Source: Candidatus Pacebacteria bacterium CG2_30_36_39
Lineage (GTDB): Bacteria > Patescibacteriota > Microgenomatia > UBA1400 > PJMF01
Direction of reading: 5' to 3'
DNA length: 64,000 bases
NCBI GenBank assembly: GCA_001873435.1
Contig: MNZB01000004.1
Span: 78,030 to 142,029, forward strand
Shown here one piece after another: positions 30,029 through 39,762 of this stretch (position 1 is the first letter of the stretch; every line of letters starts with the position of its first letter). Under the pieces are notes generated by a model that was given only the letters and a program-made list of their open reading frames with translations, made no database searches and was not told the origin of the DNA. The position numbers and the translations under genes were made by a program.

Positions 30029-31657
30029 ATGAAACAAGAAACCCCATACACCAAAGTCTCTTCCTATGAAGGCAGAAAAGGTAGCGTCAAAAAAGTAGCC
30101 TTACTCTATTCTGGAGGACTAGATACATCAGTAATGTTGAAATGGATTCAAGAAGAATATGAAGCAGAAGTAGTCGCTCTTACCGTTGATATTGGACAGC
30201 AAGCAGATGACCTAGAAAAAATTAAGGAAAAAGCAATTAAACTAGGTGCAGTTAAAGCCATTGTAATTGATGCTAAAAAAGAATTTGCCTACCACTATAT
30301 TGCTAAAGGCATTAAAGCTAATGCCAGCTACCAAGGAAAATATCACTTAAGCACCCCACTAGGCCGTCCTCTATTGGCAAAGATTGCTGTAGAAATTGCT
30401 AGAGAAGAAGGTTGTGACACCATTGCCCATGGTTGTACAGGTAAAGGCAATGATCAGGTTCGTATTGAAGGCACAGTTCTAACCTTGGCTCCAGAAATGA
30501 AAATCATTGCTCCAGTACGTGAGTGGAGTATGGGCAGAGATGAAGAAATTGAATACGCCAAAAAACACAAAATCCCAGTTAAACAAACTGCAGCAAGACC
30601 ATACTCTTATGATGACAACATGTGGGGTGTAACAGCAGAAAGTGGTGAAATTGAAAACCCAGCCTTAATTCCTCCATTGGATAAAATCCTTCAAGTTTGT
30701 ACCATTGTAGAAAGAACTCCAAATAAACCAGAATTTATTAAAATTGAGTTTGTCCGTGGCATTCCAGTCAAAATAGATGGAAAAACCATGAACCTGGTTG
30801 ATATTATCGACTATCTAAATAAAGCTGGCGCCAAACATGGCGTAGGAGTAACTCATCACATTGAAGACCGCTTGGTAGGACTAAAAGTCCGTGGTATTTA
30901 TGAAGCCCCAGCTGCAGAAATCATTATTAACGCCCATATGAACCTTGAAAAATACGTCTGTACTCGTAGAGAAAATGAGTTTAAACATGACGTTGATAAT
31001 AAGTGGGCATATCTCTGCTATGGCGCTCTCTGGTATGAACCTCTTATGAGCAGCTTAAATGCCTTTATTGATCACATCAATGACAAAGTTACTGGCACCA
31101 CCACAGTCAAGCTATACAAAGGTATGGCTGAGACAGTTGCCGTAGAAACAGCAAATAGCATCTTTGATGAAAAACTGGCAACTTTCATGAAAAATGATAC
31201 TTACAATCAAAATGCTTCTCCAGGATTTATTGAGATCTACACTTTGCAAATGAGACTAGCCCAAAACAAAGCAAGATTTGCCCTTCTCACCATTGGTGAA
31301 ATAGAAGACAAAAAAGCTTTCTTGCCATATGTCAAAATCTTGGCAGAACTAGGCTATAACTTCTACGCTACAGAAAATACTCATAAGTTCTATAAAAAGC
31401 ATGGCATTGAATCTGTCTTTATTAATAAAATGCAAGACAATGTATTCCCAAATCTAGAAGAGATGTTACAACAAAATCTCTTTGACCTAATCATTAATGT
31501 TCCATATAAGAACAAGCCAGAAAACTCAAAAGATGAGAATGTTATTAGAAAATGGGCTGTTAAACATAGCATTCCTATTGTTGGCGACAAAAAAACCTTT
31601 GAGGTTTTAACCAACAAATTGAGGAAGCATATTGTTACTGCTAAAACTAAAAAATAA
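30029..31657 (+). CDS. argG: argininosuccinate synthase fused to a C-terminal MGS-like domain
   Basis: LYSGGLDTS, HGCTGKGNDQVR, EDRLVGLKVRGIYE; C-terminal ~130 aa (YATENT...DLIINVP...IRKWAVKHSIP) resembles the CarB allosteric MGS domain; RBS AAGGAG. Confidence 0.9.
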   Translation: MKQETPYTKVSSYEGRKGSVKKVALLYSGGLDTSVMLKWIQEEYEAEVVALTVDIGQQADDLEKIKEKAIKLGAVKAIVIDAKKEFAYHYIAKGIKANASYQGKYHLSTPLGRPLLAKIAVEIAREEGCDTIAHGCTGKGNDQVRIEGTVLTLAPEMKIIAPVREWSMGRDEEIEYAKKHKIPVKQTAARPYSYDDNMWGVTAESGEIENPALIPPLDKILQVCTIVERTPNKPEFIKIEFVRGIPVKIDGKTMNLVDIIDYLNKAGAKHGVGVTHHIEDRLVGLKVRGIYEAPAAEIIINAHMNLEKYVCTRRENEFKHDVDNKWAYLCYGALWYEPLMSSLNAFIDHINDKVTGTTTVKLYKGMAETVAVETANSIFDEKLATFMKNDTYNQNASPGFIEIYTLQMRLAQNKARFALLTIGEIEDKKAFLPYVKILAELGYNFYATENTHKFYKKHGIESVFINKMQDNVFPNLEEMLQQNLFDLIINVPYKNKPENSKDENVIRKWAVKHSIPIVGDKKTFEVLTNKLRKHIVTAKTKK

Positions 31658-31659
31658 CT

Positions 31660-32631
31660 ATGCAAGACAGTTGGAATATTAAAAAAATATTATTAGCTGA
31701 AATTGAAAAACAAGGGGGGTGGGTTAATGCCCACTCCCACTTGGATCGCGCTTACACCATTACTCCAACAACTCTAAAGTTAGGTAATGAACACTTGCAT
31801 AAGAAATGGGAAATAGTAGATCAAATCAAAAAATCTTCTACTGTTGATCAAATTTATGATCGTATGGCCTTTGCCGTAGAACAACAGCTATCACAAGGAG
31901 TTAGTGTCATTGGCAGTTTCATAGATGTTGATGCTGTTATTAAAGACAAATCAATTAAAGCAGCAACAAAAGTTCGAGAAAAATATAAAAAAGATCTTAA
32001 ACTAGTTTTCATCAACCAAGCTCTAAAGGGAGTAATTGAACCAGAAGCAAGAAAATGGTTTGAAGAAGGCGCTCAATTTGTTGACATCATCGGTGGCTTA
32101 CCAGGTAAAGATGCTGGTAAAGAAGCCCAGCATTTGGATATCCTATTTGAAACTGCAAAGAAACATAAAAAAATGGTTCATGTCCATGTTGATCAACTGA
32201 ATACTAAAGAAGAAAAAGAAACAGAATTATTAATTAAAAAAACTATTGAACATAATTTAATAGGAAAAGTTGTTGCTATCCACGGAATTTCTTTAGCTGC
32301 TCACCCACTGGTTTATAGAAAAAAAATCTATCAACAAATGCAACAAAACAAAATCATGTTAATTGCTTGTCCAACTGCATGGATAGATAGTAGAAGATCT
32401 GAAGAAATCTCCGTAACTCATAACTCAATTGCCCCAGTTGAAGAACTCATAAAAGAAAATATTACCGTTGCCATTGGTACAGATAACATTGCAGATGTTT
32501 ATAAACCCTTCACTGATGGAGATATGTGGACTGAACTGAGATTTTTATTGGAAACTTGTCATTATTATGACCTTAAACAATTAGTAAAAATTGCTACCAA
32601 AAATGGAAGAAAAGTATTAGGAATAAAATAG
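31660..32631 (+). CDS. amidohydrolase, cytosine deaminase (CodA)-like
   Basis: NAHSHLD, HVHVDQ, AIHG, ACPT, GTDN. Confidence 0.8.
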   Translation: MQDSWNIKKILLAEIEKQGGWVNAHSHLDRAYTITPTTLKLGNEHLHKKWEIVDQIKKSSTVDQIYDRMAFAVEQQLSQGVSVIGSFIDVDAVIKDKSIKAATKVREKYKKDLKLVFINQALKGVIEPEARKWFEEGAQFVDIIGGLPGKDAGKEAQHLDILFETAKKHKKMVHVHVDQLNTKEEKETELLIKKTIEHNLIGKVVAIHGISLAAHPLVYRKKIYQQMQQNKIMLIACPTAWIDSRRSEEISVTHNSIAPVEELIKENITVAIGTDNIADVYKPFTDGDMWTELRFLLETCHYYDLKQLVKIATKNGRKVLGIK

Positions 32632-32634
32632 ATT

Positions 32635-33705
32635 ATGCAACAACCTTTTTATAATCCAGAAGTTTCTTATGAAGAAAATTATAAAAAAGGTCCCTTTGGT
32701 TCTTTTGCAAATAATGATGTAATTGTTAGAACAAACAAACCTCAATTTGATTTTTTTGGGCACAAACTTTTTTTACCATTTGGAATCCCAGCTGGACCAT
32801 TGCTCAATGCCAATTTCATTACCGCTGCCTTCCGCAAGGGTTTTGATTTGTGTGTTTATAAAACAGTTAGAACAAATGAATATCCATGCCATCCATGGCC
32901 GAATGTTTTAGCTGTCCATGAAGAAAAACTAGAAATAAACAGAACTTTCCCAGTAGTAGCAGACTCCTCATATGTTGAACCACTTTCTATTACGAATTCT
33001 TTTGGTGTTCCATCTGCCAACCCAAAAATCTGGCAACAGGATATGGCTAAAGCTGTTAAAAATACAGGTATTGGACAATTAATGATTGGAAGTTTCCAAG
33101 GAACTAGTGATGGCTCTGGAAATGTTGATGCCTATATTAAAGATTTTGTGAGAGCTGCAGAACTAGTTAAAGAAACTGGAACTAAAGTTCTAGAAGCCAA
33201 TCTAAGTTGTCCCAATGAGGGAACGGCTCACTTGCTTTGTTTTGATATTGAAAGAACATTGAAAATTGCTCAAGAAATTAAAAAGGCTATTGGCGATACT
33301 CCACTGATACTTAAGTTAGCATATTTTGATGACGACAATCTTTTGGAAAGTTTTGTCAAAAAACTTGGGCCAGTGGTAGATGGTTTTTCTGCTATCAACA
33401 CCATTGCTGCTGCGATTGTCGATAAAGATGGAAAACAAGCTCTACCTGGAAAAGGTAGGGAGCGTAGCGGAGTTTGCGGTCGAGCTATTACTTGGGCAGG
33501 ACTAGATATGGTTTCTAGATTAATTGCTTTAAGAAAAAAATTGCAACTTAAATATGTAGTTATTGGGGTTGGTGGTGTAACAAAAACAAATGATTACTTT
33601 GCCTATCGCAAAAATGGTGCTGATGCAGTTATGAGTGCCACTGGAGCTATGTGGCATCAAGATTTAGCAGCCCAAATTTTAAATAAGATAAAAACGCTAA
33701 ATTAG
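32635..33705 (+). CDS. dihydroorotate dehydrogenase / PreA-like FMN oxidoreductase
   Basis: GIPAGPL, YKT, ITNSFG, EANLSCPN, INT, SGVCG, GVGGV. Confidence 0.8.
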   Translation: MQQPFYNPEVSYEENYKKGPFGSFANNDVIVRTNKPQFDFFGHKLFLPFGIPAGPLLNANFITAAFRKGFDLCVYKTVRTNEYPCHPWPNVLAVHEEKLEINRTFPVVADSSYVEPLSITNSFGVPSANPKIWQQDMAKAVKNTGIGQLMIGSFQGTSDGSGNVDAYIKDFVRAAELVKETGTKVLEANLSCPNEGTAHLLCFDIERTLKIAQEIKKAIGDTPLILKLAYFDDDNLLESFVKKLGPVVDGFSAINTIAAAIVDKDGKQALPGKGRERSGVCGRAITWAGLDMVSRLIALRKKLQLKYVVIGVGGVTKTNDYFAYRKNGADAVMSATGAMWHQDLAAQILNKIKTLN

Positions 33706-33718
33706 TTATAATTATTTT

Positions 33719-35227
33719 GTGGCAATAAGAATTACTATAAAAAAAATTCTGTTTTCAATTGTTAAAGTTTTTTCAACTACTTTAATTGCATTAATACTGT
33801 CACTCACTGTTGTTGAGCTTAGCATGCAAGCTTTTTCGCTAATCAATAACATTGCAACCAATAGTAGACAGATGGGTGAACAAAAAAATCAAGAAAATAG
33901 TTACAGAATATTAACCATCGGCGAATCAACAACAGCAGAAACATCTTTCGTTGGCAATCAAACGTGGCCCTCTCAATTAGAAAGAATGCTTCAAGAAAAA
34001 TATCCAGATAAAAATATTAAAGTTTTTAATCGTGCCATGATTGGTACAAATTCAAATGTTTTACTGGGAAAAATTCAAAAGGAGATTGAAGAAGTAAAAC
34101 CAGATCTCATTATTTCAATGATGGGAATTAATGATTTAAGTTTAATCTCCTTGACTCCTTCTGAGTTTATTGCTGATCAAAGTGGATTTGAACAAAGTTT
34201 TTTTGATAAATTTAAAACTACAAAATTAATTAAATTGGCAATAATAAAAATTAAAAAAACTAATTTAGAACACACTGATATTGAACTAAACAATGATATT
34301 GAAGATTTAATATTTAAGGGAAATGCTGAAAGATTCAATAAAAACTATGAGCTTTCAGAAAAATACTTTAAAAAAGCAATAGAAATAAGTACCTATGATA
34401 CTTCTCCATTTATCGGTTTGGCTTGGCTATATTTTGATACCCAGAGGTATTTGGAGGCAAAAGAGATATTAAAAAAAGCAATTGTATTTAATCCCGATGA
34501 TTCAAATCCATATGTCGCTCTTGGTAATATTTATCGAGGTGAAGGAAAATATGATGCCGCTCAAAAAATGTTTCAAAAAGCAATTGAACTTGATCCAAAT
34601 AATTATTTAGCTTTTATAGGCTATGGGATTTGGAATGCAGATAAAAAAAACTATGTTGAAAGCGAAAAACTATTTTTAAAATCAATTGAACTCAATCCAC
34701 AACAAGCTGATGCCTATAATGAGCTTGCCAATATTTATCGAGCGGAAAAAGAATATTCTAAAGCCAGAGAATATTATTCTAAAGTACTTGGAATTAATAC
34801 TGAAAATAACCAAGCAAAGATTGAACTAAAAGCTCTAGAAAGACTGGAATTAGGAGAAAATATTCAAAATAATCAACCAATTAATGTTAATGACTTTTAT
34901 AATCCAGTAACTGTAAATAATTATGAAAAATTATTGCAAATAGCCAATGAAAATAATATTAATGTGCTGATGGTCGAATATCCAGTTAGAAATCCAGTAG
35001 CTTTACAAACCATTTTGGCAGAAATAAAAAATAAGCAAGATTTAAAAATAAAGGCTGAGGTAGTCGATAATAGTGTTGTGTTTAGAAAAGCTCTAGAAAA
35101 CAATAAATATGAGGATATTTTTATTGATCGTTTTGGAGGTGAATTTGGACATGCAACCGATAAGGGAAATAATATTCTAGCTACAAATATTTTTGAAACA
35201 ATTATTTTAAAAGATATTATTAATTAG
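33719..35227 (+). CDS. SGNH-like domain protein with inserted TPR repeats
   Basis: N-terminal TM, IGESTT, NRAMIG, MMGIND, about five TPRs (..KAIELDP..), C-terminal GHATDKGN. Confidence 0.8.
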   Translation: MAIRITIKKILFSIVKVFSTTLIALILSLTVVELSMQAFSLINNIATNSRQMGEQKNQENSYRILTIGESTTAETSFVGNQTWPSQLERMLQEKYPDKNIKVFNRAMIGTNSNVLLGKIQKEIEEVKPDLIISMMGINDLSLISLTPSEFIADQSGFEQSFFDKFKTTKLIKLAIIKIKKTNLEHTDIELNNDIEDLIFKGNAERFNKNYELSEKYFKKAIEISTYDTSPFIGLAWLYFDTQRYLEAKEILKKAIVFNPDDSNPYVALGNIYRGEGKYDAAQKMFQKAIELDPNNYLAFIGYGIWNADKKNYVESEKLFLKSIELNPQQADAYNELANIYRAEKEYSKAREYYSKVLGINTENNQAKIELKALERLELGENIQNNQPINVNDFYNPVTVNNYEKLLQIANENNINVLMVEYPVRNPVALQTILAEIKNKQDLKIKAEVVDNSVVFRKALENNKYEDIFIDRFGGEFGHATDKGNNILATNIFETIILKDIIN

Positions 35228-35293
35228 TAATTGTTTTAAAAACTGGACTCTCTTTCATAAAAAAAACGGTATAATACTCAATATCTTTCTATT

Positions 35294-35376
35294 GGAGGTG
35301 TCGCATAGTGGTCAATTGCGCACGCTTGGAAAGCGTGAGCCTTTCGGCTTCGCAGGTTCGAATCCTGTCACCTCCG
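35294..35376 (+). tRNA. tRNA-Ser(GGA)
   Basis: acceptor GGAGGTG/CACCTCC, G73, anticodon arm CACGC-TT-GGA-AA-GCGTG, variable arm, TTCGAAT; TATAAT upstream. Confidence 0.95.
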
Positions 35377-35399
35377 CATCTAAAAATAATCTTTAAAAT

Positions 35400-35759
35400 A
35401 TGATCAAAAACTCATTCGGCAAAAATGAATTAGTAGTTTATAAATCAGGTATTTATAAAATTGTTGACATCATTTTTAATCAAGACCAAATATCCTATAA
35501 AATTTCATTAATAAGTTATCTCGAAAAAAGCACTGGGGGCATTGATGATTCTATTTCAAAAGAATTAATTGCCACTGAAAATGATTTAACAAAATTTGAA
35601 TATGGATTACCTAGATATGAAATGGGAAGCAGATTATCAGATGGTAGCACTGTATATTTAGTGTTTTTTAAATATGATTCACATAAATATCGTTACAACC
35701 TTAGTTTACAAAACACAGTCATAGCAAATTTGGGTGAAGAAGACATGGCTTGGAGATGA
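35400..35759 (+). CDS. hypothetical protein
   Basis: 119-aa ATG ORF; ATGA overlap with the next gene. Confidence 0.6.
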   Translation: MIKNSFGKNELVVYKSGIYKIVDIIFNQDQISYKISLISYLEKSTGGIDDSISKELIATENDLTKFEYGLPRYEMGSRLSDGSTVYLVFFKYDSHKYRYNLSLQNTVIANLGEEDMAWR

Positions 35760-35983
35760 AAATTTCAGTTAAAGTTCATCCTAATTCTAAAAAACCCAGA
35801 ATCATAAAGAATGATTTAGAAAATTTTGATGCATATGTCAATCAACCAGCAACCGACAATAGAGCTAATAATGCAGTCATAGAATCTCTAGCAGAATATT
35901 TTCAAATAAAAACATCTTCCATACGATTAAGATTGGGAAATAAATCAAAAACTAAAGTTTTTGAAATTAATAAATTTAGATAA
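35756..35983 (+). CDS. DUF167 (YggU/UPF0235) family protein
   Basis: ISVKVHPNSK...PATDNRAN...LAEYF...GNKSKTK. Confidence 0.85.
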   Translation: MKISVKVHPNSKKPRIIKNDLENFDAYVNQPATDNRANNAVIESLAEYFQIKTSSIRLRLGNKSKTKVFEINKFR

Positions 35984-36078
35984 TATTTAAATTATTTTCC
36001 TATATTCCAATTAAAAACAGCTGCTTGATAAAGATATAATTAAGAAGCATACTAAAAGACAAGTTAATAATTATTGCA

Positions 36079-36894
36079 ATGAACATTGTTGTACCAAACA
36101 GCCCAGTAAATTCTAGTATTCAAGCTTCTCCAGAAAAAAAGCTTTATTCTGCTGAACCAAAAAAGAAAAAGAATTTTAAACTCATAGTCGCCGCTCTCTC
36201 CCTGTTAATGTTAATGGCAGGCGGACTCGTTGGTCTTTACCTTACTAAAATAAGCCAAGACGTTAGACAACAAGCTGATACAGGCGCCTACACCCAACAC
36301 TGTGGAACCTGTGGTAGTGGTCAAACCTGTGTTCCACCAGGAGTTGGTGGAGTCAATGATTGGCACTGTTCCACTTGTGCGCCAGGCTGGGTAGGTGTTG
36401 ATGATGTTGGCTGTCTCCAACCAACTAGTCCTCCCAATTGTCCAGATGGCGACTGTGAACCAAACCCAACTACTCCACCAGTTGCCACAGCTACACCAGG
36501 ACCAACTACTCCACCAGACGCTACTCCAACAGTTACCCCTCCTATTAACCCTACAGATGGACCAACTGGTGAACCGACTGGGGAACCGACTGGGGAACCA
36601 ACAACAGAACCAACAGTCCAGCCATCTGGCGAACCAACAATAGAACCATCTACCCAACCAACAGTACAACCAACCACTGCTTCTGGCGGTGGATCTAGTT
36701 CTAGTTCATCTTCAAGCAGCAGTAGCACTGCTTTAGTTAACATTAACAATTCCAATAGAACTAATTACACCACTACAGTCCAACCAACATTGCCACCTCA
36801 ATTACCACAAACTGGTCCTGAAGATTGGATTAAATACCTACAAGTAGGCATTGGAGCTCTAGGAGTTGGAGCGCTATTACTACTCTTCCTCTAG
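36079..36894 (+). CDS. Pro/Thr-rich surface protein with Cys-rich domain and LPQTG + TM tail
   Basis: N-terminal TM + SQDVRQQA, 8-Cys segment, PT repeats, LPQTG then hydrophobic C-terminus. Confidence 0.8.
   Translation: MNIVVPNSPVNSSIQASPEKKLYSAEPKKKKNFKLIVAALSLLMLMAGGLVGLYLTKISQDVRQQADTGAYTQHCGTCGSGQTCVPPGVGGVNDWHCSTCAPGWVGVDDVGCLQPTSPPNCPDGDCEPNPTTPPVATATPGPTTPPDATPTVTPPINPTDGPTGEPTGEPTGEPTTEPTVQPSGEPTIEPSTQPTVQPTTASGGGSSSSSSSSSSSTALVNINNSNRTNYTTTVQPTLPPQLPQTGPEDWIKYLQVGIGALGVGALLLLFL
36562..36603 (+). repeat. 12-bp coding tandem repeat (PTGE x3)
   Basis: ccaactggtgaa ccgactggggaa ccgactggggaa cca. Confidence 0.8.
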
Positions 36895-36908
36895 AAAATA
36901 TCAAATCC

Positions 36909-37739
36909 TTAAAACAATTTTTTTATTGCCTTTAAATTTTCTTCAACCACCTGCTCACCATAGCCAATAATCTCTTCCGCATGACCAAGAAATTTACGAA
37001 AAATACTATATCCACCCTCTGGAATATCTGGATATAAAACTAGATCTGCTTTTTCACAATCTCTCCTAGCCAACTCACGCAATAACAAATGGGAACTTTT
37101 CAAAGCAGTCTGCACTCCACCATATCTTCCTGGAGAAACTGGAAAAACATTCTTATATAAATTGATAGCTATCACCTTATCAGCCCCAAGTTCTTTAGCC
37201 AAATCAATAGGAACTGGCATACGCATAGCACCATCAATTAATTTTCTACCATCAACCTTAGCCGGCTCAAAAACCAAAGGCACTGAAGCACTAGCTCTAA
37301 TTGCCTTAACCAATGAACCACTAGTTAAAAATATTAGTTCACCAGATTGAAAATCCACTGCTGTAGCACCAAATTTAATAGATAAATCCTCAATCTTCTT
37401 ATCTCCGAGAACTTCAACTATAACTTTCTGAAAAAAATCACCTTTAAAAATACCTTGAGCAGGATGAAAATCTCTAAAAATTCTCACCATACCCCTAAAC
37501 TTCAATTGCTTAAAAAAATCTTCTAATTTACTAATATCTTGCAAAGAAGCATATGCTCCACCCATTAAAGATCCAGTACTACTACCAGCAATAATCTCAA
37601 ACTCAATTTTATGTTTTAACAAAGCCTTAATTACACCAATATGAGCCAAACCTCTCCAACCACCACTACCAAGTGCTAAGCCCAATTTAGGCTTTGCACT
37701 CTTACTATTTTTTAATCTGGTATAAACAGTTTTAGACAT
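36909..37739 (-). CDS. patatin-like phospholipase (RssA-like)
   Basis: LGSGGWRG, GSSTG, DGA; start ATG 37739. Confidence 0.9.
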   Translation of the reverse strand: MSKTVYTRLKNSKSAKPKLGLALGSGGWRGLAHIGVIKALLKHKIEFEIIAGSSTGSLMGGAYASLQDISKLEDFFKQLKFRGMVRIFRDFHPAQGIFKGDFFQKVIVEVLGDKKIEDLSIKFGATAVDFQSGELIFLTSGSLVKAIRASASVPLVFEPAKVDGRKLIDGAMRMPVPIDLAKELGADKVIAINLYKNVFPVSPGRYGGVQTALKSSHLLLRELARRDCEKADLVLYPDIPEGGYSIFRKFLGHAEEIIGYGEQVVEENLKAIKKLF

Positions 37740-37830
37740 ATAAAAACAGTATACAACATAAAAATCTTTGCAATTTTGCCCATCAATGATATAGTGGGGA
37801 TCTACTTTATAAAACAAAAAAGGACGAATT

Positions 37831-38556
37831 ATGAAGGGTGTTGTTTTAGCTGGTGGCCTAGGTACACGCTTGTACCCTCTTACTCATGTAACTAATAAAC
37901 ATTTATTACCTGTTTATAACAAACCAATGGTGTTTTACCCTATTAAAACCTTGGTTGACGCTGGTGTAAACGAAATTCTCCTAGTAACTAGTGGACCACA
38001 TGTAGGTCACTTCTTAAGTGTGCTAAAAAACGGCACTGAACTTGGAGTTAAACATCTCGAATATGCTTATCAAGAAAAGCCCAATGGCGGTATTGCTGAT
38101 GCCCTTGCCCTTGCTGAAGACTTTGCCGATGGAGAAGATATTGCTGTAATCCTGGGAGACAACACTACCGATGCAAATATTAAGGATGCAGTTAAAAACT
38201 TTAAAGAAGGAGCCACAGTTTTCTTGAAACAAGTTCCAGATCCAAATCGCTTTGGTGTGCCAGCTTTTGACCCCAAAGATCCTTCTAAAGTAATTCGTAT
38301 TGATGAAAAACCCAAGAACCCTGCCTCTGACTACGCAGTTACTGGTGTTTATCTTTATGATAATAAAATATTTGACATGATCAGAGAATGTGATCCCAAC
38401 TATGCTGGTCGTGGTGAACTAGAAATTACTCAAGTTAACAACCTTTACATTCAAAAGGGTAAATTACATTGGGAAGAACTCAAGGGATTCTGGAGTGATG
38501 CTGGCACCTTCCATTCACTCTTTACCTCATCCCAATATTGGTCCAACAAAAAATAA
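37831..38556 (+). CDS. sugar-1-phosphate nucleotidyltransferase (RmlA/SpsI-like)
   Basis: LAGGLGTRLYPLT...NKHLLPVY, LGDN, EKP, RGELEIT, WSDAGT. Confidence 0.92.
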   Translation: MKGVVLAGGLGTRLYPLTHVTNKHLLPVYNKPMVFYPIKTLVDAGVNEILLVTSGPHVGHFLSVLKNGTELGVKHLEYAYQEKPNGGIADALALAEDFADGEDIAVILGDNTTDANIKDAVKNFKEGATVFLKQVPDPNRFGVPAFDPKDPSKVIRIDEKPKNPASDYAVTGVYLYDNKIFDMIRECDPNYAGRGELEITQVNNLYIQKGKLHWEELKGFWSDAGTFHSLFTSSQYWSNKK

Positions 38557-38592
38557 CCCTTTCAAGTCAGACACAAACAATATCATGACTTA

Positions 38593-39312
38593 ATGGTTGC
38601 CGAACAAATACCTCTGGTTATTTCTGAAATATATCCCAATCCACAAACTGGAGAACCAGAATGGATAGAAATATATAATCCAAATATTGAAAATATCAAC
38701 TTAGCTCAATGGGAAGTTTGGGATCAAGAATCACAACCGTCATTAATTTATAACTTTAATGACACAGAACAAATTAAAGCAAAACAATATCTCAGTTTAG
38801 AATTTTCAAGTGCTTTAAACAACAGCGGTGACTCGATTATCCTAAAAAATAATGTAAAACAAATAATCGATTCAATGACCTACGAAGAATCAAAAAAAGG
38901 ATATAGTTGGGTAAGAAACGAGATTTTACCTGAAGAAAAACCATGGCTAGGTCTACCATCTCGTGACAAAGCAAACATAATACCTACTCTTACGCCAACC
39001 AGCACACCAACGCTGGCACCAACACTAGTTCCAACTACTATTCCAACAACTGCTAATCCCAAAACAACACCTTCCGTTGTCAATCAAAAAAGTGAACCAA
39101 ATGCTAATTACCAAAAACAAAAAAAATTTGTTTACCCACAAACAATTCTCAATCCAAAAATACAAATTGCAACTAGTGAGGTAGATATTCTACCTAGTAT
39201 TTATGCTGAACCAGCACACATAGAAACAGGAGCTCTGAGTGTTATAATGGGGAGTCTGTTACTGCTCATTCCAGGCCTAATTTATGTCAAAAACAAACAG
39301 CAACTACTTTGA
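38593..39312 (+). CDS. lamin-tail domain protein with PT linker and C-terminal TM
   Basis: VISEIYPNP...EWIEIYN...LNNSGD. Confidence 0.85.
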   Translation: MVAEQIPLVISEIYPNPQTGEPEWIEIYNPNIENINLAQWEVWDQESQPSLIYNFNDTEQIKAKQYLSLEFSSALNNSGDSIILKNNVKQIIDSMTYEESKKGYSWVRNEILPEEKPWLGLPSRDKANIIPTLTPTSTPTLAPTLVPTTIPTTANPKTTPSVVNQKSEPNANYQKQKKFVYPQTILNPKIQIATSEVDILPSIYAEPAHIETGALSVIMGSLLLLIPGLIYVKNKQQLL

Positions 39313-39667
39313 AATTATTCTGTCATTTCTACCTGCAGTTGCTTGGGCTAGTTTAATTTATTATTTATCAAATCAACAAATCTTACCTGGCTTTACTGTT
39401 GATATCTGGGACTTTCTTCTTAAAAAATCAGCTCATATTTTTGTTTTTGCCTGCTTATATTTCCTTCTTCTCATGCCATACAAAAAATATGATTTGGCCC
39501 AAGGCAAAGCCCAGTGGCTTATTCCTTTGATTATTGCCATTTTATATGCCATGTTTGATGAATATCACCAATCTATTACGCCTGGTAGGCACCCATCATT
39601 AAGAGATGTTGGTTTTGATACACTTGGTTGTTCCCTGGTTTTACTTAAAAAGCTTGGATATATCTAG
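39284..39667 (+). CDS. VanZ family membrane protein
   Basis: KKSAH, DEYHQS..PGR..S.RDV..D..G. Confidence 0.9.
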   Translation: MSKTNSNYFEIILSFLPAVAWASLIYYLSNQQILPGFTVDIWDFLLKKSAHIFVFACLYFLLLMPYKKYDLAQGKAQWLIPLIIAILYAMFDEYHQSITPGRHPSLRDVGFDTLGCSLVLLKKLGYI

Positions 39668-39762
39668 CTTCTTATTTTTTCTCCCCCTTGACTCTAAACT
39701 TTAGCGAGTTAAACTGATTTCAGACTATATAAAAACATAATAAAAAGGACAGAAAGACCTCT

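Noticed and set aside
36211-36755. Alternative-frame and antisense ORFs, and a possible CRISPR-like repeat
   Set aside because: They are by-products of Pro/Thr coding repeats; there are no unique spacers and no cas genes.
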